Below are positions 12,306 through 24,441 of a stretch of DNA of 64,000 nt, in pieces (position 1 is the first letter of the stretch; each line of letters starts with the position of its first letter). The position numbers and the translations under genes were made by a program. Below the pieces are notes generated by a model, which saw only the letters and a list, made by a program, of their open reading frames with translations, was not told the origin of the DNA and did no database searches. This DNA comes from Paraspadella gotoi (lineage: Eukaryota; Animalia; Chaetognatha): the NCBI GenBank assembly GCA_051294375.1, contig CM119264.1, forward strand, positions 5,417,197 through 5,481,196, written 5' to 3'.

Positions 12306-14120
12306 ATGAGAGTTTTCTCGTTGTTTCTATTGGCAACCGGCGTCGTTTTCGTCGCAGCCAACGGAAACGACTACTTTAGCGACGAACTTGTCAAGGAACA
12401 ATTTCTGTTGTATCACAACTTGCTGCGGATGAGACATGTGAACACGCCGTGCATGAAATGGGATGCAAAAATGGCGCAACAGGTAATTTAGATACGATTA
12501 GTGATCTTGTACAGTCGGTAACAGTGCATTGTGTTAATACAACATCTTTGAACCTATTGCGTTCCAGGGTTCTAGCCTATGTTCGGATCCTGAGTTGATG
12601 AGGCCCAGTTAACTTCTCTATCACTCAGCGAAAGCGTTAAGATTTAAAAGCGTCTTAATAAAAATAAGTGCCATTAAATGATTAAATGAATATTTTGTTT
12701 TATTTTTCTAGGCTAAGTCTTACAGCGAAAAATTGGCCGAGAAAGAAAGTCTGGTACACGCCAGTTCATCGGAGCGAAATGGAAATGGCGAGAATCTTGC
12801 CTTTGTTATGAATACGGATGAAAAAAAACTTGTCCTCTCAGTGAAGGATTTTTGTCAGAACTGGTACAACGAGATCGTAGATTGTAAGTTCGTATTAAAA
12901 TTTTTATTTTTAATGTTTTACTTATTCAAAAATATTTTGAGGTGTAATTGTAGGATAAAGAAGACGTTTTATTTGTTTATTGAATTGAAACATAAAAGAA
13001 CTGTTATCGTTTTTAGATACGTCGTAATACTTTAGAAATATTCGAAATAAAGTACAATATAAATATAGTTCCTTTGATTTCTCTTTCCAGACGATTTTGC
13101 CATTCGTTCAGGTAAAGAAATGTATAGAGTGTTCTTTTTTTCTTGATTACGATCGTAATATAACCTCATTTAATTTATTGTAGGATACACAACCGGACAT
13201 TTCACTCAAATGGTTTGGAAGAATTCAGTTACTTTGGGCTGCGGGGTCACCAGAAAGGGACTCATGGTGTTTGGCGTGTGTAGGCAAGTCGTGTAAAAAA
13301 GTCTTAAAATAGAACATTATGGTGGACTAAAATCCACCAACCGTTCATCAGCGGCCATTGGTGCCGGAGGCAAGTCATTCGCCTCCCAACCCAAAGGTCC
13401 GGGGTTCGAGCCCGGTGGTCGCCTAGCAGTTTAGAGGGACGGGGCGCTTAACCCGCCTGTAACTCGGTGTTACAGCCTGATCCGAAGCTTAGGGACTGCT
13501 TATATTGAACGGTTCTGTCACAAACACATAATAATAATAATTACTGTCTCTTCAACATTGAGACGGAGTACAATTCCGTGATCAGATTATTTGAAAACGT
13601 TAACGCAATGCAATGACGATAATTGCCTAAAATTTAATTAATAATACTTAACTTTATAAGGTATTCCCCTGCGGGAAACTTTGTTAATCAGCATTTCAGC
13701 AATGTTGGAAATCGAAAATATTCGCCAAGGTAACATTATGATAATATGATATCGTACCACTGACAAAGGCTATATATTCATGATTTTCTCAATTTATCCT
13801 TTCGTTTGTCAGTCAAGAGCCAATCCAATTCGAAGATTGGGCCAAGAATGAGGTAAGAATAATATATGGTTTAAAGCGTTTTGGTTTAAATTTTAAATCT
13901 TAATTGGTAGTAGAAAAAAAAAATTAGTGTCGTTAAACTTATTTGATTGTGTTACTAATTTCCTTAGGTGGACATCAAATCCTGCCGACAGTCAGAAAAA
14001 TCAGGAACGCTGTCTTGCACCCAGTCCGAGGACCAATGTCCTTTCACTTGCATATATCGGAAAATGGTGGGATATTGCCAGTTGTCCGCAAAAGAAAGCA
14101 GGAGAAAAAGAAGATGGTAG
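12306..14120 (+). CDS. Secreted CAP-superfamily (SCP/PR-1/GAPR-1-like) protein, 243 aa; exons 12306-12482, 12712-12883, 13091-13111, 13184-13283, 13661-13729, 13813-13852, 13968-14120
   Basis: Signal peptide MRVFSLFLLATGVVFVAA; CAP motifs HNLLR..H, GENLA, WYNEIVDYDF, GHFTQMVWKNSVTLGCG, VCRYSPAGNF. All intron phases match and the 732-nt CDS is open to TAG at 14118-14120. Confidence 0.93.
13351..13540 (+). mobile_element. tRNA-derived SINE (tRNA-Gly-like head) in intron 4 of the CAP gene
   Basis: Head GCGGCCA...TGGTCGC forms an acceptor stem, B-box GGTTCGAGCCC in a CCGGG/CCCGG T-arm, TTCGCCTCCCA resembles a Gly(CCC) anticodon region but its stem is broken; ~110-nt body then (TAA)n tail. Confidence 0.75.
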
Positions 14121-14504
14121 AAAAAAATGGAAAAGCAGTAGTAAAAAAATGTTTAGCACTTGTGTGTTTCTCTTATAATTAGATTAATTATTCATCTATT
14201 TGGCTGAATGATCTTTATTTTTGCCAACGTAGTATTTGCTGACTAAGAAAAAACTTTAAAAAACAATTTGCCGATACATTGATTATTATGAAATATATAC
14301 ATACAATGCTCATTTTGATGTAGCAAAGGCAACTACTTTGTTTTCTCTGCGCGCTTTGAAGAAAAATATTTGAATACTTTGTGTTTGATTTTATTCTCAA
14401 GCACACCTGTTAAAATCATTGCATTTGATAATTATTTGTAGGCTAAGAACACTCTTGGAAAGGTATAAAATGCATTTTTGTTAACTGCTTTGGTCAAATT
14501 ATTT

Positions 14505-14510
14505 AATAAA
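14505..14510 (+). terminator. Candidate polyadenylation signal of the CAP gene
   Basis: AATAAA ~385 nt after the stop codon; the region is AT-rich so chance occurrence is possible. Confidence 0.35.
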
Positions 14511-14666
14511 ACTTATTTTGAATCTAAAATATTATTAATGATATCATTATTTAAGTAAATTAGTTACAAACCCCAACCTAACTAACCAACACTAACCTAA
14601 TAGTAAGTTACATATATTTCGATTTTAAACAACTGTCTTAAACCATTACGGAAGTTTGACTCTCTA

Positions 14667-14720
<54 letters not shown>

Positions 14721-15936
14721 CATAACGTCTTCCCTATCTCCCTCATGACCCAGATATGCGACGAGCAGATAAATTGTACGTTCGAATCGAATGAGTAACA
14801 TCAGACTTGGATCTAGCAGAGTCGGCAAAGTCGGCAAAGTCGGCAGAGTCGCCTTAGAGGGCGTCGAAGGATTTTGATTGATGAGAGGGATTTTGACGAA
14901 AAGAAAATCCCAAAGCTGAATGAACACTGGACAGAGAGGGGAGAGAGGCATTAGGAAGGCATTTGAAGGGCATTGGGGTATTGGCTTGAATTGACGGTAG
15001 TTCACGTATCTCGGCGATCGAAAGAGTTTGCGTTCAAATTGCGAGGAGACGTAAAATTATTATCATCGGTTGTGAATTGTAGTTCACGTGCGCATATTTT
15101 TTTTTTTTTTTGGTGAAACAAAAAAGTCGTTGGTCAATATCTTAAGACAAGTTGCTAGTAATCGCATTGAGCGAACAATGATTGTATCAAACACATGAAG
15201 AGGAAACCACAACCACAACAACAACGATAACGACCACAACAACAACGACGACGAACGTAATTAAAACATCTGAATTAACGATTTTCTTTTTCTTTTTTCT
15301 CGCAGAACATTTAACGATCTATTCCGCTGTCCACTCGTCTTCACCGACAACAAACTTACCTCTGCCTCGAAAAATAATCCAACGATTCGCACGCTTACTG
15401 CATGCGATACCTCCGTGATTCGCACGCAATCGGCCGGGAATTGACACAAGGTGCAATCCACGTCGCGCGAATCTTGACCTCTCATAACATCCCTACTCCC
15501 CCCAAGAAAAAAAACAAAACAAAGTGAAACAAAAAAACAGAAACTCGAAAATAGGAAATTCGGCGACGAACGCGCGAGAGGAAGAGAGCGTACGGAACGC
15601 GTGAAACGCCTCACGATTCCAACGGTGAGTTTGTTACGGGGGGGGGGAGTTAGTGGGGTAATTGGTAATTGAGTGAAAAATAGATATAGTATTAGTAATT
15701 CCAAGTCTTTGATCCGAGTTGATTCATCATTGCTTTTTTTACTACTACCGCAAATTGTACATAACGAGTAGGAAAATACGTAATCAGCCGTGAATGATTT
15801 GTATCCCTTTTGCTTTTACCAGTTTTCCAAATTACCGTCAGGTAATAATTAAAACCATCACAACACTTGACTTTTAAGTTGATAATCGGATAATCGGACT
15901 TCGCAATGGGAAAAAGATGATTGAGTGTGAGACGAT

Positions 15937-16042
<106 letters not shown>

Positions 16043-17889
16043 AAATATATTAATATAAACCAGCGACGTTTTTAAGAGGAAAAAAAGAAGTCTCTTTTCC
16101 CCCACAAAAAAAAAAGATTTGAAATCGATTTCTCACTCGACGGGGACTCTCGTGTTTTCCGCTTCAGACTCACACCTTAATAGTTCACATCGGATTCTTT
16201 TCCGCCAAAAATTTCCATTCGTCATGCGTCGACGGAGGTGGAGGGGTGGGGGTGGGGGAGTGGGTAGTATTGGTTTGGGGGTGGGGTAAGGGTAAGTGAA
16301 TAGTTAGGGAAGGAGGGAAGTTTCGAAGGATGAGGAGTTTGAATGCAAAAGGACAAGGAAATATAGGGCAGTTGTCACCAGGAAAATGACTAATGGGCAT
16401 GTTATGGGCCCGTGGAAATGACCATTATGACTCGACCAAGAAAAAAGGACTTTTCGCAAAGAAGGATTTTATTACATGTGGTATGAAATTGGTATCAACA
16501 AAAGAAAAATTATTCATTATATAAAATAAATAAGCTCAGTCACAAGATAATAATAAAACATTTAATCAAAACACTCTCACGGTTCACTTTAATCAGTGAG
16601 TATAATAAAAATATTTTTTTTACAACTGTGTCAACATGAAAAAAAAAACCAAAAAGTTATGACTGTCTAGCGTCTACTTTCCTGATGTTGTCCTTCTTTT
16701 TTCAGCCATGAATGCCTCGCCATCCAAACGTCCCACTCCTATCCCCACCGAAGACTTACCCTCATCGCCCCTTTACTCTGGACTCTCGCCTTTCTCGCAT
16801 CGGCTCACGAATCTAGGGTAAGACATTTTTTTTTCCTTCTTCTTCTTCTTCCGATGTCCGCGGATGTCAAAAGTCAAATGTCAAACGTCAGACGCCGATG
16901 ACCCAATTGAAAAGATCGAATAAAAAAAAAAAATCACGTGACCGAGTTTATCCGTTTCCGATTCCATTTATTGGGCCACCCATTTATTTGATTTGAGTTC
17001 CCCTAGACTTATGAAAAAGTCCATATCTTAACTATGTTAAATATTAAGTAGAAATAATTTTTTGTACTAAGTAATATGCCAAATGATTAAATTTCCTAGG
17101 AGAAATGATAATTGAGCCTAAAAATGCTTGAACCCTAAACAATTATGTAGTAGGCGTTAGATACCACAAAAAACAATGATAATACTTTCATATTTTAACT
17201 ATTTTAGGATCTGGCCTCTAGTTACTAGTGCCATCTATTTTCAAGTTGATTGGAAGAACTTTTTCTTGACATAAATGGACTCAGACATCAAACATCAAAT
17301 ATGAAACGTAAAATTTTTTCTCCAGCATCTTTCCTCGTCGCGAAAGAGACATCCTGTCGGCCGATTTGGGGTCTCGAGCCGAGATGTTCGTCGGCCACAT
17401 CCCCGACGTCGGTCAAGTCGGGCCGCTTCCGTCCGGTCAGAGTCCCGACAAAGTTCTCCACTTACGACACGTCGCGCCAAAGGTTTTTGTTGTTGTTGTT
17501 GTTGTTGTTGTTGTTTTGTTTTGTTGTTGTTGTTGATGATGAACTTTTAGTTTTTTTACTTTGTTGGAGTTGTCGTCTTAATTGTTATTTCGTAGATGAA
17601 AAAAGTGATTATTTTAAAAATACTCGAACTAATGTATTTAATTATGTATTGATTGTTAAATATTGATTTTCGCCCACGCGCTACCGTACGCATAAACTTC
17701 GCGCTCCCGGGTAGTAAAATTAATAATTTTGCGAGAAAAAATATCATTTAACACCAAAAAAAAACCTGAGCTCAATTTCTAAAGAGGGCGAGGTTAACCC
17801 CTCTCGAGGGCTGGGAAGGGATCGAAGGGGTGGGCAGAGGGCGAAAGCTAAGCTGTCTTAGAAATCTCTCCGAAAACGTCAATTCAAGG

Positions 17890-18280
<391 letters not shown>

Positions 18281-19840
18281 GAGTCGGCCGAAAGAAATAG
18301 AAAAAAAGAGAAAGACCGGCGGCATGGTTGAAACGGCTATTTAAATGTGAGGAAAAAGAGAGAAAAGTCAAGGACTCTCTTTTTCGACCCGAATCCTCTC
18401 TTTTTGTCCTTCTTCTCTTTTTCCTTTCTCTCTGTTCTTTTCTTTTCTCTTTTCAGGTCGTTTCTGAGGTTTTTACGCGAACTGAGTGATGATGACTGAA
18501 CTAGGGAGGAAGAAGGGAGGATATTAAAAAAGGGAAGATGGGGTGAGGGATGAAAGATAAAAAGTCGATGGAAGAAGGGAGGTATTAACAGAGAAATATT
18601 TGAATGAGGGGAAATGCGAAAAAAATAGGGTTAGAATAGGATGCGATTTATAGATAAAACTCTTTAGACACGAATGTTTAAGACGTTGAGATAAAAGTAT
18701 TATCAAAGATGTGTCTCCAACTTATAAAAATCTGATTTGGACGGAGCAACTGAAATTTTGTTAAGATTTGAAAAATGAACAAGAAACAGAATCTTTCTCT
18801 CTCTTAATTTCTTTATTCTTTTTTCTACTTGCTGATAATCTCCATTGAACCCTTTGAAGCCGAACAATTGTGTTGAAAAGAAGAGAGAGAGAGGGNNNNN
18901 NNNNNNNNNNNNNNNNNNNNAGCTGCTTAAACATGACGAAATGCAGCCTAAAATACGACAGCTGCAGTTATTAATTTTGGTAATTAGCTAAGCGTCTGCG
19001 GTAACTATATTCTCTACTTCTTCCAAGTGGTAGCGGGCAAAAGCTAACTAAAAAAACAAAAAAAAACAAAAAAAAACACGAAAATAAAAAAGACCAACGC
19101 CAAAGAACACTTGCAATTGCCGCTAAGAGCCGCACGCGTTAGAAAAAAGCTGCACAACCGCCACAAGCGACCGGGAAACAAACACTTCGAAGGGAAAAAA
19201 CCATAAAAACTTAATTGAGTATATATAAGTGATAACATTGACTGGCCGGAGAGACCGGGGAGAGAGCAGAGAGCAGAGAGAGAGAACGCAGGAAGAGAGA
19301 GAGAGAGCGAAGCCACGAATAAGCGCCCATAGGAAGACGAACCACCGGAAAAAAACTAGGAAGGAAGAAAACCGGCTAGCGAAGGAAAGGGAAAACTGGA
19401 GTCAACCTTATGGTGAGTCTCCGGACTTTAGTGTAGACTAATATCAGAAACCAAATAATCTGCTTCGACGTCAGCCCCCCTAAATTTTTTGTAGCTGTTT
19501 GTTACGAAAATGTCTTAGCATATTTGGCGAGCTGACGTTGATCAGTAGGGTGAAGTGAAAGTTTGGACTCAAATATATAGAAGTTTATATCTTGAATAGC
19601 TACCATATATAGTGAATACTGAATCTGTAGTTATTTTTTTTTTACAATATATTTATAAGTGCCCAGTCAGCTTTATTTTGGTATATCCCAGTACTACCCT
19701 TAATATAATGTAAAAATTTCAATATAATGTGATTATATATAATGATATTTGAGAAGCAGATATTCAAATTTACGTAAAGAAAGTTTATAAAAAGAGATAG
19801 CATTTCCATTTCATTTATGTTGGTCTTAGGATATAGATAG

Positions 19841-19930
19841 AAATAAGGTTTTGGAGTTTATTTGCAACAACGATTTATTAGTATTACTAATAAAATCGTT
19901 GTTGCACGAATAAACTCCCAAATCTTATTT
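19841..19930. repeat. ~90-bp near-perfect palindrome (MITE-like hairpin)
   Basis: AAATAAGGTTTTGGAGTTTATTTGCAACAACGATTTATTAGTA / TACTAATAAAATCGTTGTTGCACGAATAAACTCCCAAATCTTATTT. Confidence 0.85.
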
Positions 19931-22048
19931 AACTAATAAAAATAAATATAAATATTTATAAAAATCTATGTCATTAAAAGTAGGGTTAAATGTTTATAAT
20001 ATGTTTTATAATTTTCATTTTATATATATCATATATTATCATTTACATCACGTCTATTGATTAGGGATTATTAAAGATACTAGACGAAAAATTGAATTGG
20101 ATAGATTCAGATGCACAGAAGTCCGCTGCTTATTAAAGTTAAAAAAAAAATAAATTATGGAAACCAAAACATTTTAAAGTAATCTAGTGATAATGTTTTA
20201 AATTAAATACATACATTTGAATTGTGCAAGAGATTCATTGCGCAAGACCTCGATTGTGGGAAAAAAAGATTATAGCAGACGAGCATCTTATTGGCGCAAG
20301 AAGCGACGTCTAACTGCGCTGCCGTTAAAAAATCCAAATCGATTCGCGGAGGCCAGAGCAAATCGACCTGCGCAATGAACCTAGACTTGCCAAATCAGCT
20401 GGTTGTCCCAACATCATTGTATTGCTGTTCTACAAAACATTTGCGACGACATCTATATTCATGGATAAGATTAGATAGATGGAAGATTTAAATGACAATT
20501 TTTTCTTATCTTAAGCAATACGCATATATCATAACAGAGTGGACTGATTATAGTACAATTAACACAGCAATTCGGCAGTACGGACGTCCAAGTGTCTGAT
20601 AGCAGGCTTATTTCAAAACACGCTCTAAAGCATCACTCAGACGCTTCATCAAAGACTTAAACAAAAGTCGACACAGTTTGAGGGTCAAAACCCAAACATC
20701 TCAAAATCAACTAATCTACTCTGCAGTCGCCGGAGAAAAAAAACCTCGTCCGGAAAATCTCGTTCGAAACTAATTTCGAGATAATTCCTCGAATCATCCC
20801 AGAGAAATTTCAACTTCTTTTCACGACGATGGGTCCCGACAATCGGTGCGTTCCACCTCCTCCACCCATTACCTTTCCCTTACTTTTTTTCCCTTTCATT
20901 TCCTTTTTTCCTTCCCCTTCCCCTCGCCCCTCCTTCTCCTCGGGGCGAATGAGAAACGACACTTATTTTGATTTTCCTCGCCTGGGAACGATAAAACGGA
21001 GTGACTCAAAGACTTCATCATTTCTTCATTCAGCTTTGTTATGCATCTAAATACCAAGCACTTTAAAGTAATGGCATATTCGGAGAGAGGGAGAGCCTGC
21101 CCGGCCCGGCCCGGCCCGGCATGCCTGCCGCTTCGCCCGACCAGACCGACGATTCGGGAAGCAAATCGAGTAAAGAAAAAAGAGAGAGTTTCCTCTCTCT
21201 CTAGTCATCTCTCTCATATCTCTCCTCTCTCTCTCTCTCTCCTCGTCTCTATTCTCCTCTCTCCTTCTCTCTTCTCTCTCTCTCTCTCCCCCTTTCTTTC
21301 CTCCAACAATATCCGCACGTCCGCAACGCTCGGGGCCATAATTGAATGCTGTGTAAGCAGAAACAACCTCCGCACCGTTCTCTCTCTCTCTCTCTCATAT
21401 AATGCTCTCTCTCTCTCTGCCTCTTCTCTTCTCTCTCGCCTCTCTCTCTCTCTCGTCTCTCTCTCTCTATTTCTTTCTCACAGAAAAAAACATTTTCCCG
21501 ATAATAAGGCATATCTATTTGGTAGTTAGGATGAGGCATGTGTTATGTATAAGAGCCGATAGTATGAGTTATAGATTTTCAAACAAATCAGTTTTGAAAT
21601 GATAGATAAAATCAGAGTTAATGATATTTAGCAATTCCGCAATCTCAGTATGCTGTTTACTTAATTTCCACCGTCGTTGCCGATTTATCGAGACGGATTA
21701 CTACTTTTTCGCGTGATGGAAATTTCGGGCCGTAGCCTCCAGGGCGCGGCTGCATGAAAATTAAACGAGGCTGGAGACGCGGCCGTCCTGGAGAATGAAG
21801 ATTTAGGGAGGTAGAAGATGGTAACAGATATATTTGAAAAGTTGAATTATGAAAACGCCGGTTGGTTGAATTTCTGTGAATAGTATTCCATAATTCCAGA
21901 ACTTTTAATGTCTCAGCTTCGCCTAATATAATAGTTATTATTTATATATATTTCCGCCTTTGTTAGAGCCAACTCGTCAATGGGTGGGTAGAAGTTGATT
22001 GGAACCTTTCAAAGAAACTTCATACATTTCTGAATATAGAGACTATTC

Positions 22049-22539
22049 AATGGGCAAAATTTTTCTAGAAATGCTAAGAAGCATTAGTAAATTAATTTTT
22101 TAATATTCTCATTTTTAGATAGGAAATGTCAAAAAATTTTTTGTAATTTTTTATTTTTAAAGCAGATTCAAATAGCTTATGAAAAAGTTATACAAGATAT
22201 AAATTCTTTTTTCAAATATTTTGTATGATAAGTGGGTTTAAATTGAGAAAAACCTTAAACATCACATCATCATCATCATCCGATGAATTTTGCGAGTTTT
22301 TATTAACTTTTAGTGAATAAAACATCAAATTTAAAAGTCTGTAATTACATTTTTTGCTTATTATATACTCTATCAGAATATTAAAAAAACTTAAAAATAT
22401 CCAAAAAAATTTTTGACATTATATAGCAATATAATAATATAATTAGCGAATTACTCATGGTTCGGAACATTTTTGCAAAAAAAATATTTTAACACAATAA
22501 TTAATACAATATGATTAGCTTTAATAGCTGTTGCCCATT
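22049..22539. mobile_element. Degenerate MITE-like element with nested inverted repeats
   Basis: AATGGGCAA..TTGCCCATT at the ends and AATGTCAAAAAATTTTTTG (~22125) vs CAAAAAAATTTTTGACATT (~22402) internally. Confidence 0.4.
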
Positions 22540-23539
22540 AACAATTTGAAATTGTCCGGCCATAACTGCTAACCCCTTTGTGGATTAATCTAAGTTTTCT
22601 TAAAATATATTTTCATTTTCGTCAGCTGTTCACCGGGTGTTTATTGTCAGCCGAAGCGAAAACGCCCCGCGCCCTCTTCAGACCTTCCGGTCTAAGATTA
22701 GTCATAATCAGGAATGATCCAGTTGAATAAGAGGAAACGTCGGCTTAGATCTTAAAATATATATCTTCTTAGCAAAAGGTAACATCCGTCAATATACGAT
22801 TACAGAAAATGCGTTTGTGGTCGACGAAATTGTCGGTTGATGTCGGTTGTTATAAAATTAAAAGAATTGCAAAATGATATTAGAAAGAGAGAGAAAGAGA
22901 TTGGTTAAGATGAGCGGATTAAATTCTTTAAGATAAATTAAACTTTGTCGAGGGCGATTAAATTCCTCTTTCTCTCTCTCTCCTCTCTCTCTCTCTCTAA
23001 TCTCATTCTCTCTCTTCTTCTCCAATACCTCATCCTCCCTCTCTCTCTGCTCTCTCTTGTTCCGTGAGCGTTTTCGCTTCGGCTGACATAAACAGGTGAA
23101 CAGCTAACGAAAAATGAAGATATATTTTTATCCACAATGGCGGAATAATAAAAGAAAGTCATTTAATAGGCGAGCTGAGACATTAAAAGGTCTTGGCATT
23201 CAATGGGAATACTATCACAGATTCACCAACCGCGTTTTCAATTCAATTTTCAAAAACTTTACCATCTCTACCTCCGTAAATCTCTTCTTCATNNNNNNNN
23301 NNNNNNNNNNNNNNNNNNNNNNNNNNNNNNNNNNNNNNNNNNNNNNNNNNNNNNNNNNNNNNNNNNNNNNNNNNNNNNNNNNNNNNNNNNNNNNNNNNNN
23401 NNNNNNNNNNNNNNNNNNNNNNNNNNNNNNNNNNNNNNNNNNNNNNNNNNNNNNNNNNNNNNNNNNNNNNNNNNNNNNNNNNNNNNNNNNNNNNNNNNNN
23501 NNNNNNNNNNNNNNNNNNNNNNNNNNNNNNNNNNNNNNN

Positions 23540-24300
23540 AATATCATTAAACTCGTTACTTATCTATCAGTTTAAAACTGATTTGTTAAAATCTAACCAT
23601 TATCGCTAATTACACATGCCTCATCCTAACTACAAATAGAATGCTTATTATCGGAAAATGTTTTTTTCTGGAGAAATTGTTCGCCGCTTCAAAGGGTTCA
23701 ATGGAGATTATAGACAAGTTAGAAAAAGAATAAAGAAATTAAAGAGAGAGAAGAGTTGCTGTTTCATTGTTCATTTTCAATCTCTTAACAAAAATTTCAG
23801 TTGCTTCCGTCCAAATCAAGAATTTTTATAAAGTTGAGACACATCTTTGATAATACTTTTATTTCAAACGTCTTAAACATCCCATTCGTGTCTAAAGAGT
23901 TTTTCTATACATCAGCATCCCTATTCTAACCCGAAATTTTTTTCGCATTTTCCCCTGCATTCAAATATTCTCTGTTAATAGACCTTCCTTTTCCATCGAC
24001 TTTTTATCTTTCCATCCCTCACCCATCTTCCCTTTTTTAATATCCTCCGTTCTTCCTCCCTAGTTCAGTCATCATCACTCATTCGCGGTAAAACGCATCA
24101 GAAACGACCTGAAAAAGAAAAGAAAGAACAAAGGAAAGGAAAAGAGAAGAAGAAGGACAAGAAAGAGAGGTTCCGGGTCGAAAAGAAGAGATCGCTTGCC
24201 TATTCTCTTCTTTTTCCTCACATTAATGCGTGTTCACCTGCGGCCGGTCTTTCTCTTTATTTCTATTTCTTTCGCGGCGACCTCTCTGGTCTATTCTCTC

Positions 24301-24343
<43 letters not shown>

Positions 24344-24354
24344 TCTCTTCTCTC

Positions 24355-24441
<87 letters not shown>

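Noticed and set aside
13351-13421. Functional tRNA-Gly gene
   Set aside because: Anticodon and D stems do not pair and it is followed by a SINE-like body and tail.
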